Positions 10,053 to 19,020 of a stretch of DNA of 64,000 nucleotides are shown in pieces; position 1 is the stretch's first letter; each line of letters opens with the position of its first letter. Location of the stretch: NCBI GenBank assembly GCA_043814055.1, contig JBDRKL010000007.1:1-64000 (forward strand), given 5' to 3'. The position numbers and the translations under genes were made by a program. The DNA comes from an archaeon. GTDB lineage: Archaea > Undinarchaeota > Undinarchaeia > Undinarchaeales > JBDRKL01. The notes under the pieces are model-generated. The model had not been told where the DNA came from and made no database searches. It saw only the letters and a list, made by a program, of their open reading frames with translations.

Positions 10053-10930
10053 GCATACACAAGGACAACGCAGGAGGGGAGGTTCCGAACAATTTCGGCG
10101 GTCTGCCTGAGGAGTATTCTAATTATGAGGATTCAAAAGTCGTGGTAGTTCCTGTGCCCTACGCCGGCACTGTGAGCTACGGGACAGGAACTGAGAAAGG
10201 GCCGGGTGCAATAATAAAAGCGTCCCAGCATATGGAGCTTTACGACGAGGTTTTGAAGAAGACGACGTGCGAACGTGGGATTCACACTGCGAAAGCGCTG
10301 AAAGCTGAGAAAACTCCTGAGAAAATGGTTGAGGCGGTTTATGAAAAAACCCAGGGACTTCTGAAGGATGAAAAGTTTCCTGTTTTTCTTGGAGGCGAGC
10401 ATTCATTTTCACAAGGCGCGGTCAAGGCGCTGAAGGAGAAATATTCCGACTTGAGCGTGCTTCAGCTTGACGCGCACGCGGACTTGCGCGAGGAGTATGA
10501 GGGAGAAAAATTCAGCCACGCCGCTGTGCTCAGAAGAATTCGCGAGCTTGGATGCAAAACTGCGAGCGTTGGAATCAGGAGTCTGAGCGCTGATGAAGCT
10601 GAGCTCATTGAAAAAGAAAAGATTCCGGTTTTCTGGGCGCACGAGATGTGCGGGAAGGATGTTTCTGAAGAAGTCCTGAAGGAGCTTTCGGAGAATGTTT
10701 ACATAACTCTGGACCTGGATGTTTTTGACCCGGCAGTGATGCCGAGCACAGGGACTCCGGAGCCAGGCGGGCTTGGATGGTATGATGTTATTTCAATTTT
10801 GGAAAAAGTTTTCGCAGGGAAAAACGTGGTTGGCTTTGACGTGGTTGAGCTCGCGCCGATAAAAGAACTGAGCGCGCCGGACTTTATTGCGGCGAAAATT
10901 GTTTATAGGATGATTGGCTACAAAAAGTAA
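10049..10930 (+). CDS. speB: Agmatinase (ureohydrolase family)
   Basis: GGEHS, LDAHADLR, DLDVFDP, STGTPEPGG, DVVELAP; ATGA overlap with the DHS-like gene. Confidence 0.93.
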   Translation: MSIHKDNAGGEVPNNFGGLPEEYSNYEDSKVVVVPVPYAGTVSYGTGTEKGPGAIIKASQHMELYDEVLKKTTCERGIHTAKALKAEKTPEKMVEAVYEKTQGLLKDEKFPVFLGGEHSFSQGAVKALKEKYSDLSVLQLDAHADLREEYEGEKFSHAAVLRRIRELGCKTASVGIRSLSADEAELIEKEKIPVFWAHEMCGKDVSEEVLKELSENVYITLDLDVFDPAVMPSTGTPEPGGLGWYDVISILEKVFAGKNVVGFDVVELAPIKELSAPDFIAAKIVYRMIGYKK

Positions 10931-10936
10931 AACCAA

Positions 10937-11629
10937 ATGGCAAATTATTCCGGAAATAGCTTTGATTCCAGAGCTTTCTTTGGAAAAGGTGCGAGCCTCT
11001 CTGAGTCAGTCAAGGAGTTCGCAACCGCGCTGAGAGCAATTGGAAAGGTTGGAACACTGCTGGGCATCCTGCTTTTGATAGGAGGGGTTTCGCTTCTTTT
11101 AGGCAACACGATTATTGCAATCGCTTGCCTTTTTTACATTATAGACATACCGCTCAGGATTCTTGACACTTCAACTGACGCGCTCTTCGTGGAGAGCATT
11201 GGCACTTTCGGTCTGCTCCTATTCCTGATGGGCAGCCCTGGCCTGGCGGCATTCTACATGTTCACATCACCCTGGATAACAAGGTTTGTGAGCCCGATGG
11301 GTCCTGCTGAGGACATCGGGGATACGCTTTCAATGAGCGTGGCATTCTCCTTGGCAGTCCTGCTGATGCCATGGCTCGTTGGGTTTACGCACGGAAATCT
11401 CCTTATGCTGATGATATACTACAACCTGGCGAGATTCCTTATTTATTACATCGTAATTGTTTTCGTGCTCCCCGGCGTCTGGCTGACCTACTGGTTCAGC
11501 TCAGTGATTGTGGTTTTCACAGTGATGATACAGTCCTATGTCATACTAATGCTCATAGGAATGAGAGTTCTCGCTTATTCCGGCATAGGCGGCTGGAGCC
11601 TTGGCTGTCTCGGAAAGCTCTGTTTCTGA
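10937..11629 (+). CDS. Polytopic membrane protein of unknown function
   Basis: Multiple hydrophobic helices; co-oriented with the operon. Confidence 0.7.
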   Translation: MANYSGNSFDSRAFFGKGASLSESVKEFATALRAIGKVGTLLGILLLIGGVSLLLGNTIIAIACLFYIIDIPLRILDTSTDALFVESIGTFGLLLFLMGSPGLAAFYMFTSPWITRFVSPMGPAEDIGDTLSMSVAFSLAVLLMPWLVGFTHGNLLMLMIYYNLARFLIYYIVIVFVLPGVWLTYWFSSVIVVFTVMIQSYVILMLIGMRVLAYSGIGGWSLGCLGKLCF

Positions 11630-11693
11630 TAGAGCAAAAAATCATAACACATAAATACCCAATTCGTGTAAAACCCGCTTGAGGTGTATATGA

Positions 11694-12791
11694 ATGGTTA
11701 AAACTACTGTTTCAGTTATAAAAGCGGATGTTGGGTCCGTGCCAGGGCACGTTGAGGCTCCGGCAGAATTGCTAAATGTGTGCGAAGAGAAATTGAGCAA
11801 GGCGCTAGATGAAAAGCTCCTGAACGATTTCTACATAACCCGATGCGGTGATGATATTGAATTGATTATGTCCCACTTTAAGGGAGTGGACAATAAGGAG
11901 ATTCACAAGCTTGCCTGGGACTCTTTTATTGAAGCGACCAAGCTCGCGCGCGAGCTGAAGCTCTACGGGGCAGGGCAGGACTTGCTCAAGGACACTTTCT
12001 CAGGGAATGTCAAGGGAATGGGACCTGGCGTTGCTGAGATGGAATTTGAGGAAAGGGGCTCGGACCCGATTGTGGTGTTCTGCGCTGACAAGACCGAGCC
12101 TGCAGCGTTCAACCTGCCGGTTTACAGAATGTTCGCAGACCCGTTCTGCACACCAGGTCTTGTAATAGACCCGAACTGCCATGAAGGATTCACGTTTGAA
12201 GTGCACGACATCAAGGAGCACACAAAGATTATGATTAAGTGCCCAGAGGAAGTTTATGACTTGCTCGCCTTGATTGGCACTACTTCAAGGTATGTGATAA
12301 AGCGCGTATTCAGAAAGAAGGACAATGAAATCGCAGCGTGCATTTCAACTGAGAAACTGTCGCAGATTGCTGGGCAGTATGTTGGCAAGGATGACCCTGT
12401 TGCGATTGTGCGCGGGCAGAGCGGAATGCCAGCTGTTGGGGAAATTCTTGAGCCGTTCGCATTTCCGCACTTGGTTGCTGGATGGATGCGCGGTTCCCAC
12501 AGAGGACCACTGATGCCGGTTTCTGAAGCGCAGGCAACTCCTACTAGATTTGACGGACCACCGCGCATAATTGCGCTCGGGTTCCAGGTTTCAAATGGAA
12601 ACCTGATTGGTCCACGCGACTTGTTTGACGACCCATCCTATGACAGGACCAGGGAGCAGGCCAGCGAGATTGGCGATTACATGCGAAGGCACGGGCCTTT
12701 TGAGCCGCACAGGCTCTCCGAGTCCGAGCTTGAGTACACTACTTTGCCAGGCATAATTGAGAGAATGGGAAACAGGTTTGAGAAAATATAA
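11694..12791 (+). CDS. fbp: Fructose-1,6-bisphosphate aldolase/phosphatase (class V FBPase)
   Basis: IKADVGS.PGH, GDDI, LYGAGQDLL, GNVKGMGPG, DKTEP, YVGKDDP, GWMRGSH.GP, RFDGPP. Confidence 0.97.
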   Translation: MVKTTVSVIKADVGSVPGHVEAPAELLNVCEEKLSKALDEKLLNDFYITRCGDDIELIMSHFKGVDNKEIHKLAWDSFIEATKLARELKLYGAGQDLLKDTFSGNVKGMGPGVAEMEFEERGSDPIVVFCADKTEPAAFNLPVYRMFADPFCTPGLVIDPNCHEGFTFEVHDIKEHTKIMIKCPEEVYDLLALIGTTSRYVIKRVFRKKDNEIAACISTEKLSQIAGQYVGKDDPVAIVRGQSGMPAVGEILEPFAFPHLVAGWMRGSHRGPLMPVSEAQATPTRFDGPPRIIALGFQVSNGNLIGPRDLFDDPSYDRTREQASEIGDYMRRHGPFEPHRLSESELEYTTLPGIIERMGNRFEKI

Positions 12792-12816
12792 GTAGGACTT
12801 CCTGGAGTTAAATGCT

Positions 12817-13308
12817 ATGAGTAAAAAGCTTCCACGCAGATTTGACAAGGCAGTTGACTTTTTGTATGAGAACTGGAAAAGAATAGAAGACAAGGATATT
12901 CCAGTTTATTTTAGAGTTTTGTCAACAGAAGCAAAAGATTCTAAGCCTGAGGAAATAACAATTGATTCTGCAAAGAAATTAGCAAAACTTAATTTTTCTA
13001 TAGAGAACAAAGGTAGCCGATATGGAGACGCGCATATAGATTTAGTCAATGCATTGCATAAAATTTTTGAAAGAAAACCCATTCTTTTAATAGGAGTTCA
13101 CGAACAAGTAGGCAGTAAAAAAGAATGGGAAATGTGGGAAATATATCTATTTGAAGATGCAATAGCAGGGCTCATGGATAGAGTTAATTTTGGGAAAGGT
13201 ATAGACTCAAAAGCCAGAGAAGTTTTAATAAAATACAAGAAACACCCTATTTTGAAAGTTATGAAAGAGCCTGAAATGGTTAAAGACTTGATTAGGGCAA
13301 CAAAATAA
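12817..13308 (+). CDS. Hypothetical protein, AT-rich
   Basis: Fills the fbp-primase gap; visibly AT-richer than its neighbours; no family recognised. Confidence 0.6.
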   Translation: MSKKLPRRFDKAVDFLYENWKRIEDKDIPVYFRVLSTEAKDSKPEEITIDSAKKLAKLNFSIENKGSRYGDAHIDLVNALHKIFERKPILLIGVHEQVGSKKEWEMWEIYLFEDAIAGLMDRVNFGKGIDSKAREVLIKYKKHPILKVMKEPEMVKDLIRATK

Positions 13309-13349
13309 CTTGACGGGCATAAGTTTAAAACATTTGAGTCTAATAACAA

Positions 13350-14639
13350 GTGGGAGAATGGATGTACCAAGAAGAAATACTCAATTACTATTCTAGGTCA
13401 GAGGTTCAAAAAGCGATTCTTGAGTTCGCTGAGGACCGCGAGCTTGTGCCTGTTATGAGCTCCGGGGCTTTCGGCACAAGGCCGAATGCTGTTTATTATG
13501 AGAAGGATGTTGAGTCAATGATTAAGCAGGGCGCGGTTTCTTTCCACGGTTCTGTGGAGCGGTGGAGCAACCCGCTCGCGCTGAAAACCGAGGCGCCGCG
13601 CTCCGAGCTGGACGCGCTGAGGAAGGGCTGGGACCTGATTGTGGATATTGACTGCGACCGCGGTTTGGAGTATTCAAAAAAGGCAGCGCTCGTGATTATT
13701 AAAACATTTGATCAGGTTGGAATTGAAAATTATTCTATTAAATTCTCAGGAAATAGGGGCTTCCACATCGGAGTGCCGTTTGAGGCTTTCCCTGCAGAGA
13801 TTATGGGCATTGGCGCGATAGAGAAGCAGTATCCGAAAGTGCCGAAAATGATTATTGAATACCTCTCTGATTACGTCAAGGATGATTTGAAAAAAGAGTT
13901 CAAGGAGGACCCGGACAAGGTGCTCAAGCTGGACGCGGCAGTGGCTGCGTCGCGGCACCTGATTCGTCTGCCCTACTGCCTGCACAGGAAGACCTGGAAG
14001 GTGAGCCTACCGATTGGAGTAGACGAGATTGAGGGCTTTGACCCTGAGATGGCGGATGCTAAAAACGTTGAAGTCAAGAGGAAATTCCTGGGCAGGAAGG
14101 TTAAGGAGAATGAAGCGCTTGAGCTTTTGCAGAGCGCGGTGTTCTGGCAGTCCAAGAAGGACCCTGGGAAAGTCAAGGAGATTTCCGGCGAATTCCAAGT
14201 GCCGAGGAACGCGATTAGACCTGAGTTCTTCCCGCCGTGCATAAAGAACATTCTTGCAGGGATTAGCGACGGCAGGAAGCGGTCTGTATTTTTGCTCATC
14301 GCGTTCCTGCACCACATCGGGTGGATGCAGGATGATGTTGAGAAACTGCTCGCAGCGTGGAACTCAAAAAACCGTGACCCGCTGAGGGACTCGCAGATAA
14401 AGGGCGGTTTCAGCCACCAGTATGGGAGGAGCAAGCCGCAGATGGCGCCGAACTGCAAGAATAGTGCGTATTACATGGATATTGGTGTCTGTACGCCTGA
14501 CGAATTCTGCAAAAATATAAATAACCCGGTGACGTACACCCTGCGCAAGGCAAAAGGAAAAAGAGGGGAGAAGAAGGCGCCAAGGAAAAGGAAAGAGCAC
14601 AGCATGCGCAAAGAATCAGAGCAGTTTGAGGAGCTATGA
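13350..14639 (+). CDS. Fused archaeal primase PriS-PriL (DPANN type)
   Basis: PriS motifs GWDLIVDID, KFSGNRGFH, RHLIRLPY.LH followed by the PriL Fe-S part FFPPCI...DGRKR...APNC...C.PDEFC..INNPV; start may be ATG 13362. Confidence 0.92.
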   Translation: MGEWMYQEEILNYYSRSEVQKAILEFAEDRELVPVMSSGAFGTRPNAVYYEKDVESMIKQGAVSFHGSVERWSNPLALKTEAPRSELDALRKGWDLIVDIDCDRGLEYSKKAALVIIKTFDQVGIENYSIKFSGNRGFHIGVPFEAFPAEIMGIGAIEKQYPKVPKMIIEYLSDYVKDDLKKEFKEDPDKVLKLDAAVAASRHLIRLPYCLHRKTWKVSLPIGVDEIEGFDPEMADAKNVEVKRKFLGRKVKENEALELLQSAVFWQSKKDPGKVKEISGEFQVPRNAIRPEFFPPCIKNILAGISDGRKRSVFLLIAFLHHIGWMQDDVEKLLAAWNSKNRDPLRDSQIKGGFSHQYGRSKPQMAPNCKNSAYYMDIGVCTPDEFCKNINNPVTYTLRKAKGKRGEKKAPRKRKEHSMRKESEQFEEL

Positions 14640-14732
14640 TGATGGCGGGGCTTCGGCAAAGCCGAACGCCCCAAGCGGAGGTCTCGGAACCGCAGGTTCT
14701 GAGTGCGCAAAGAATCAGAGCAGTTTGAGGAG
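14605..14732 (+). repeat. 29-bp perfect direct repeat of the primase 3' end flanking a hairpin insert
   Basis: TGCGCAAAGAATCAGAGCAGTTTGAGGAG at 14605-14633 and 14704-14732; between them GGGGCTTCGGCAAAGCCGAACGCCCC and CTCGGAACCGCAGGTTCTGAG. Confidence 0.92.
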
Positions 14733-14737
14733 ATATA

Positions 14738-15304
14738 ATGGCAGACGAGAAAAAAGCAGTAATCACATTTGAAACTATACGGGAAATTCAGCGCAGTGAG
14801 CGCAGGACCGAGCGGCTTTTTGGGCTTGACGACGGATTTTATCAGAAGATTAGCAAATACCTGAGCAGGAAAGGGACCAATGATGATGAGATTAGGAACG
14901 CAAAGTATGCGCTGAGGGATATTGTTGAGCGCAGGGAGCGGAAGATAATGAACCTTGCGCTTTCAACTGTAAGGACAAAAGACAAAGCAAACCTGAGTGA
15001 CATGACCCAGCGCGAGAAAAGGCTCTTTGACTCGCTTATTGAAACATTAAATGCGTATAGGGTTGAGGTTGTTGGGGAGGAAAAGAAAGCGGAAGAAGCG
15101 CCAGAAGAGGAAGAAGCTGAAGAGGATCAGGAAGAGACCAAGTTCATGAAGATTGAGGTGCTTGAAAATCTGCCAGAAATTGTTGGGGCAGACATGGAGA
15201 ACTACGGGCCATTCAAGAAAGGCGAGATTGTTGAGCTTCCGGAGGACAACGCGCTGATATTCATTGACAGTGGGAAGGCAGAGAGCTGCGATAGCAGCTC
15301 ATGA
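14738..15304 (+). CDS. GINS complex subunit (Gins51-type)
   Basis: ITFETIREIQRSER, DIVERRERKI..LA, C-terminal B domain LPEIVGADMENYGPFKKGEIVELP; conserved primase-GINS-L44e order. Confidence 0.9.
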   Translation: MADEKKAVITFETIREIQRSERRTERLFGLDDGFYQKISKYLSRKGTNDDEIRNAKYALRDIVERRERKIMNLALSTVRTKDKANLSDMTQREKRLFDSLIETLNAYRVEVVGEEKKAEEAPEEEEAEEDQEETKFMKIEVLENLPEIVGADMENYGPFKKGEIVELPEDNALIFIDSGKAESCDSSS

Positions 15305-15380
15305 GATTCGCGAAGTGAATCAAAGAGAAAGCGAAATAACAACCTTTTTATACCTCAAGAGGTAGTAGAGTAAGACACAA

Positions 15381-15665
15381 ATGAAAATACCAAAAGAAAT
15401 GAGTATATTTTGCAAGTGGTGCAAAACGCACACCATTCATACTGTGGAGAGTGTCAAAAAGAAGCAGAAGCGAACGCTCTCGCACGGGCAGAGGCGGTTC
15501 GACAGGAAGATGACAGGCTATGGGTCTTTCCCAAAGCCGATGCCGGACGGCAAAAAGCCGACCCAGAGGCAGGATCTCAGGTACAAGTGCAAGGACTGCA
15601 AGAATTCAATAACAAGGCAAAAGACATACAGGACAAAGAAATTTGAGGTGATAGATAATGCCTAA
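15381..15665 (+). CDS. rpl44e: 50S ribosomal protein L44e
   Basis: MKIPK...FCKWCKTHTIH...GYGSFPKP...KKPT...RYKCKDC. Confidence 0.95.
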   Translation: MKIPKEMSIFCKWCKTHTIHTVESVKKKQKRTLSHGQRRFDRKMTGYGSFPKPMPDGKKPTQRQDLRYKCKDCKNSITRQKTYRTKKFEVIDNA

Positions 15666-15831
15666 AACCAAGAGCAAGTTTATCAGGGTTCAGTGCCAGT
15701 GCGGCTATGAGCAGACTATTTTTGGCACTGCAAGTTCCGAGGTCAAGTGCGCTCAGTGCGACACCATTCTAGCGGTGCCAACTGGCGGCAGGACTGACAT
15801 AAAGAGCAAGATTGTCGCGATTTTGGATTAA
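15658..15831 (+). CDS. rps27e: 30S ribosomal protein S27e
   Basis: Hand translation MPKTKSKFIRVQCQCGYEQTIFGTASSEVKCAQCDTILAVPTGGRTDIKSKIVAILD; not in the ORF track. Confidence 0.93.
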   Translation: MPKTKSKFIRVQCQCGYEQTIFGTASSEVKCAQCDTILAVPTGGRTDIKSKIVAILD

Positions 15832-15895
15832 TATTTTTATAATTTTGAAGAATGGCGTAAAAGCTTAATAAGTAGCTAACCCATAGATTTTTGTT

Positions 15896-16684
15896 ATGCA
15901 AACCAAACCCAAGAAACCGGAGTATCCAGAACGCGATGAATTGGTAATCGGCACTGTAAAGTCCGTCTTTCCGTACGGCGCGTTCATCAAGCTTGAGGAG
16001 TACCCGGGCAAGGAGGGTATGATTCACGTCTCCGAAATCTCGCACAAGTGGGTAAAGAACATCAAGGACCACGTGAAAGAGGGCGAGCGCATAGTCGTAA
16101 AGGTTCTCAGGATAGACCTGGAGCGAGGTCATATTGACCTGTCGCTCAAGAGCGTGAAAGCGATTCAGAAGAAGCAGAAAATTGAGGGGCAGCAGCAGGA
16201 ATCAAGAGGCATAAAGCTGGTTGAGCTTGCAGGGGAGCGGCTGAAAGACAAGGGAAAGATTGAAGAAGTTTGCAAAAAACTTGAGGAACATTTTGACTCT
16301 GTGTACACAGCGCTTGAGAGCGTTGTGATTGAAAATGAAAAAGCGCTGAAAGAGGTTGGGCTTGATGCTAAGTGGGCAGATGAGCTCACAAAAATAGCGC
16401 AGGAGCACATAAAGAAGCCGAGCGTTAGCATAAAAGCCACGATTGAAATCAACTCAACTGCATCAGACGGGATAGAAGTCATAAAAAATGCACTCTCAGA
16501 CGCGATAAACGCGAGCAAACAGAAAGAAGTTGAACTGGAGATAACATACCAGGGCACTCCGAAATATAGGATTTCAATAATCGCTCCTGATTACAAGAAG
16601 GCTGAAAAATCACTTGAATTATTCTCAAACGAGCTGGAAGCGAAAATAAAAAGCAAGGGCGAATTTGAGGTAAAGAGGGATTAG
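15896..16684 (+). CDS. eif2a: Translation initiation factor 2 alpha subunit
   Basis: YPERDELVIGTV..V.PYGAF..LEEY, EGMIHVSEIS, GHIDLSLK, GTPKYRI...APDYK.AE. Confidence 0.97.
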   Translation: MQTKPKKPEYPERDELVIGTVKSVFPYGAFIKLEEYPGKEGMIHVSEISHKWVKNIKDHVKEGERIVVKVLRIDLERGHIDLSLKSVKAIQKKQKIEGQQQESRGIKLVELAGERLKDKGKIEEVCKKLEEHFDSVYTALESVVIENEKALKEVGLDAKWADELTKIAQEHIKKPSVSIKATIEINSTASDGIEVIKNALSDAINASKQKEVELEITYQGTPKYRISIIAPDYKKAEKSLELFSNELEAKIKSKGEFEVKRD

Positions 16685-16685
16685 A

Positions 16686-16847
16686 GTGAAGCTTTTATTC
16701 TGCAAGAAGTGCGGGGAATACACGATGCAGAAACAATGCCCAAAGTGCAATGCTGATACTATAACGCCTGAGCCCGCGAAGTACTCTCCAAGCGACAAGT
16801 ATGGGGAGCAGAGGAGAAAGTATAAAAAGATGCAGGGGGAAGGTTAA
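16686..16847 (+). CDS. nop10: H/ACA RNP protein Nop10
   Basis: Hand translation from GTG: MKLLFCKKCGEYTMQKQCPKC...PAKYSPSDKYGEQRR; canonical position after eif2a. Confidence 0.92.
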   Translation: MKLLFCKKCGEYTMQKQCPKCNADTITPEPAKYSPSDKYGEQRRKYKKMQGEG

Positions 16848-16911
16848 CAAAAAGGAATAGTCCTGCCTCCGGAGTGAAACGGAGGAGTGCAGGACAATTT
16901 CCAGGGGTAAT

Positions 16912-17721
16912 TTGACGCCTATGGATACATTTGTGAAATATATGGGAAAGAAGCCGAAGCTTAACAATCCGATTCTAATTGAGGGTCTGCCAGGCTTTGG
17001 CCAGGTTGGCCGCCTCGTTGCAGAGCATCTTGTCAAGGAGTTTAAGGGCAAGGAGTTCGCCGAGCTTTACAGCCCGCACTTCCCGCCGCAGGTTATGATA
17101 GAGAACAACGGGATGATAGACACAATCACAAATAATTTTTATCACATTAAAATACCCAAGGTTTCAAGAGACTTGCTAGTGGTGGTCGGCGAGGCCCAGG
17201 CCGCGACGATTACGGGGCAGTACGAGATTTGCGACAAGATACTGGACGTTGCCGAGGAGTTTGGAGTCAAGGACATTATAACAATTGGCGGCTATGCAAT
17301 GGGAAAACTGCTCAAGACTCCGAAGGTTTACGGCGCTGCGAACCACAAGTCGCTAATAGCAGAGTACGAGAAGCACAAGGTGCAGTTCAAGAGCAAGGTT
17401 AGCCGGGGCGGCATAGTTGGCGCATCCGGGCTTTTACTCGGCTTGAGCCAGCTCAGGAACATGAAGGCAGTATGCCTGATGGGCGAGACGCCTGGACATC
17501 CTCTTTTGATTGATGCGAAAGCAGCAGAAGCTGTTATTGAAGTGCTCGCAAAGCGATTAAAGACAAAGATACCAATGGGCGAACTTGACAAGAGGGCGAG
17601 GGAACTAGAAAAGTTCCGTGTCGGGCTTGAGACAATGATGAAGAAAATGGCTCAGAAAAAAGAGAGCCAGGAAGAGGAAGGCGAACAAATGCCTGAGGAA
17701 GCGCTCAAGTATATTGGGTAA
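16912..17721 (+). CDS. PAC2 family proteasome assembly chaperone
   Basis: LIEGLPGFGQVG, LYSPHFPPQV, ITIGGY, IVGASGLLLG, CLMGET; probable start ATG 16921. Confidence 0.92.
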   Translation: MTPMDTFVKYMGKKPKLNNPILIEGLPGFGQVGRLVAEHLVKEFKGKEFAELYSPHFPPQVMIENNGMIDTITNNFYHIKIPKVSRDLLVVVGEAQAATITGQYEICDKILDVAEEFGVKDIITIGGYAMGKLLKTPKVYGAANHKSLIAEYEKHKVQFKSKVSRGGIVGASGLLLGLSQLRNMKAVCLMGETPGHPLLIDAKAAEAVIEVLAKRLKTKIPMGELDKRARELEKFRVGLETMMKKMAQKKESQEEEGEQMPEEALKYIG

Positions 17722-17794
17722 TTATTCGGCACTGGCTTTTAGCAATTAACATTTAGAAAAATACTAATAGCCAACTGCTAACACCTAACTGCTT

Positions 17795-19018
17795 ATGAAA
17801 ATTTACGCAGACCTGCATATCCACTCCAAATATAGCAGGGCGACCAGCAAGGACCTGACACTTGAGAATCTGGAGAAGTATGCAAGGATTAAGGGAATTG
17901 GGCTTCTTGGAACTGGGGATTTCACGCACCCGAAGTGGCTTGGGGAATTAAAAAAATTGGATGAAGCAGATGGAGTTTTAAAAACCAAATCGGATTTTCC
18001 TTTTATTCTGCAGGCTGAGATTGCAAATATTTATTCAGAGGCAGGGAAAGTGAGGAAGATTCACAATATTATTCTCGCGCCGAGCATTGAAGTTGTAGGG
18101 CAGATTAACGCGTTTCTTGAGACAAAAGGAAATTTGGAGGCAGACGGCAGGCCGATTTTTGGAAAGATGAACTGCGCAGAGCTCGTGGAAGAGCTGATGA
18201 GCATTTCAAGGGATATTGAATTGATTCCAGCGCACACGTGGACACCCTGGTTCAGCATTTTTGGGTCAATGTCAGGTTTTGACTCTGTGGAGGAGTGCTT
18301 TGGAGACCAGGCAAAGCACATTCATGCGCTTGAGACTGGCCTGAGCTCTGACCCTGAGATGAACTGGCGGGTTAGCTCATTGGATAAATATAACTTGATT
18401 TCAAATTCTGACGCGCACTCGTTCTGGCCCTGGAGGATTGGCAGAGAATGCAACGTGTTTGACATTGATTTGAGTTATGAAAATGTGATAAAGGCAATTC
18501 GCACAGGGAAAGGGTTTGTTGAGACCATTGAAGTTGACCCGGCGTATGGGAAATACCATATTGACGGGCACAGGAACTGCGATTTCTGCACTGAGCCTGG
18601 GAAAATAAAGGGTGATGTGTGCCCGAAGTGCGGGAAGAAAATGACAATTGGCGTGCTTCATCGGGTTGAGGAGCTCGCGGACAGGAAGCCGGGCTATGTG
18701 CCTAAGGGCAAGCCGGACTTTAGGAGAATGCTGCCGCTTTCAGAGATAATTTCAATGAGCACTGGGGTGAAGCAGATGCACAGCAAAAAGGTTATGGGCA
18801 TTCATGAGAAGCTGATTGGAGAATTCAAAAACGAGTTTGCTGTTTTACTCAATACGTCTGAGGGTGATTTGAAGAATATTGTTGATGAGAAATTGGCCGG
18901 GCTTATTTTGAAAAACCGGATTGGAAAAATTAAGGTTAAGCCGGGTTATGACGGGGTTTATGGGGAGGCTGTGTTTGAAAAAACTAAAGAAGGGCAGAAG
19001 AATCTTGAGGAGTTTTAA
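17795..19018 (+). CDS. PHP-domain endonuclease Q family protein
   Basis: ADLHIHSKYSRATS, GTGDFTHP.W, PAHTWTPW, ETGLSSD, SNSDAHS, GKYH, Zn ribbon, GVLHRVEELAD, PGYDGVYG. Confidence 0.9.
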   Translation: MKIYADLHIHSKYSRATSKDLTLENLEKYARIKGIGLLGTGDFTHPKWLGELKKLDEADGVLKTKSDFPFILQAEIANIYSEAGKVRKIHNIILAPSIEVVGQINAFLETKGNLEADGRPIFGKMNCAELVEELMSISRDIELIPAHTWTPWFSIFGSMSGFDSVEECFGDQAKHIHALETGLSSDPEMNWRVSSLDKYNLISNSDAHSFWPWRIGRECNVFDIDLSYENVIKAIRTGKGFVETIEVDPAYGKYHIDGHRNCDFCTEPGKIKGDVCPKCGKKMTIGVLHRVEELADRKPGYVPKGKPDFRRMLPLSEIISMSTGVKQMHSKKVMGIHEKLIGEFKNEFAVLLNTSEGDLKNIVDEKLAGLILKNRIGKIKVKPGYDGVYGEAVFEKTKEGQKNLEEF

Positions 19019-19020
19019 GT

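Noticed and set aside
15305-15380. tRNA in the GINS-L44e gap
   Set aside because: No cloverleaf or T-arm GTTC-A motif; only short hairpins and an AT-rich promoter-like stretch.
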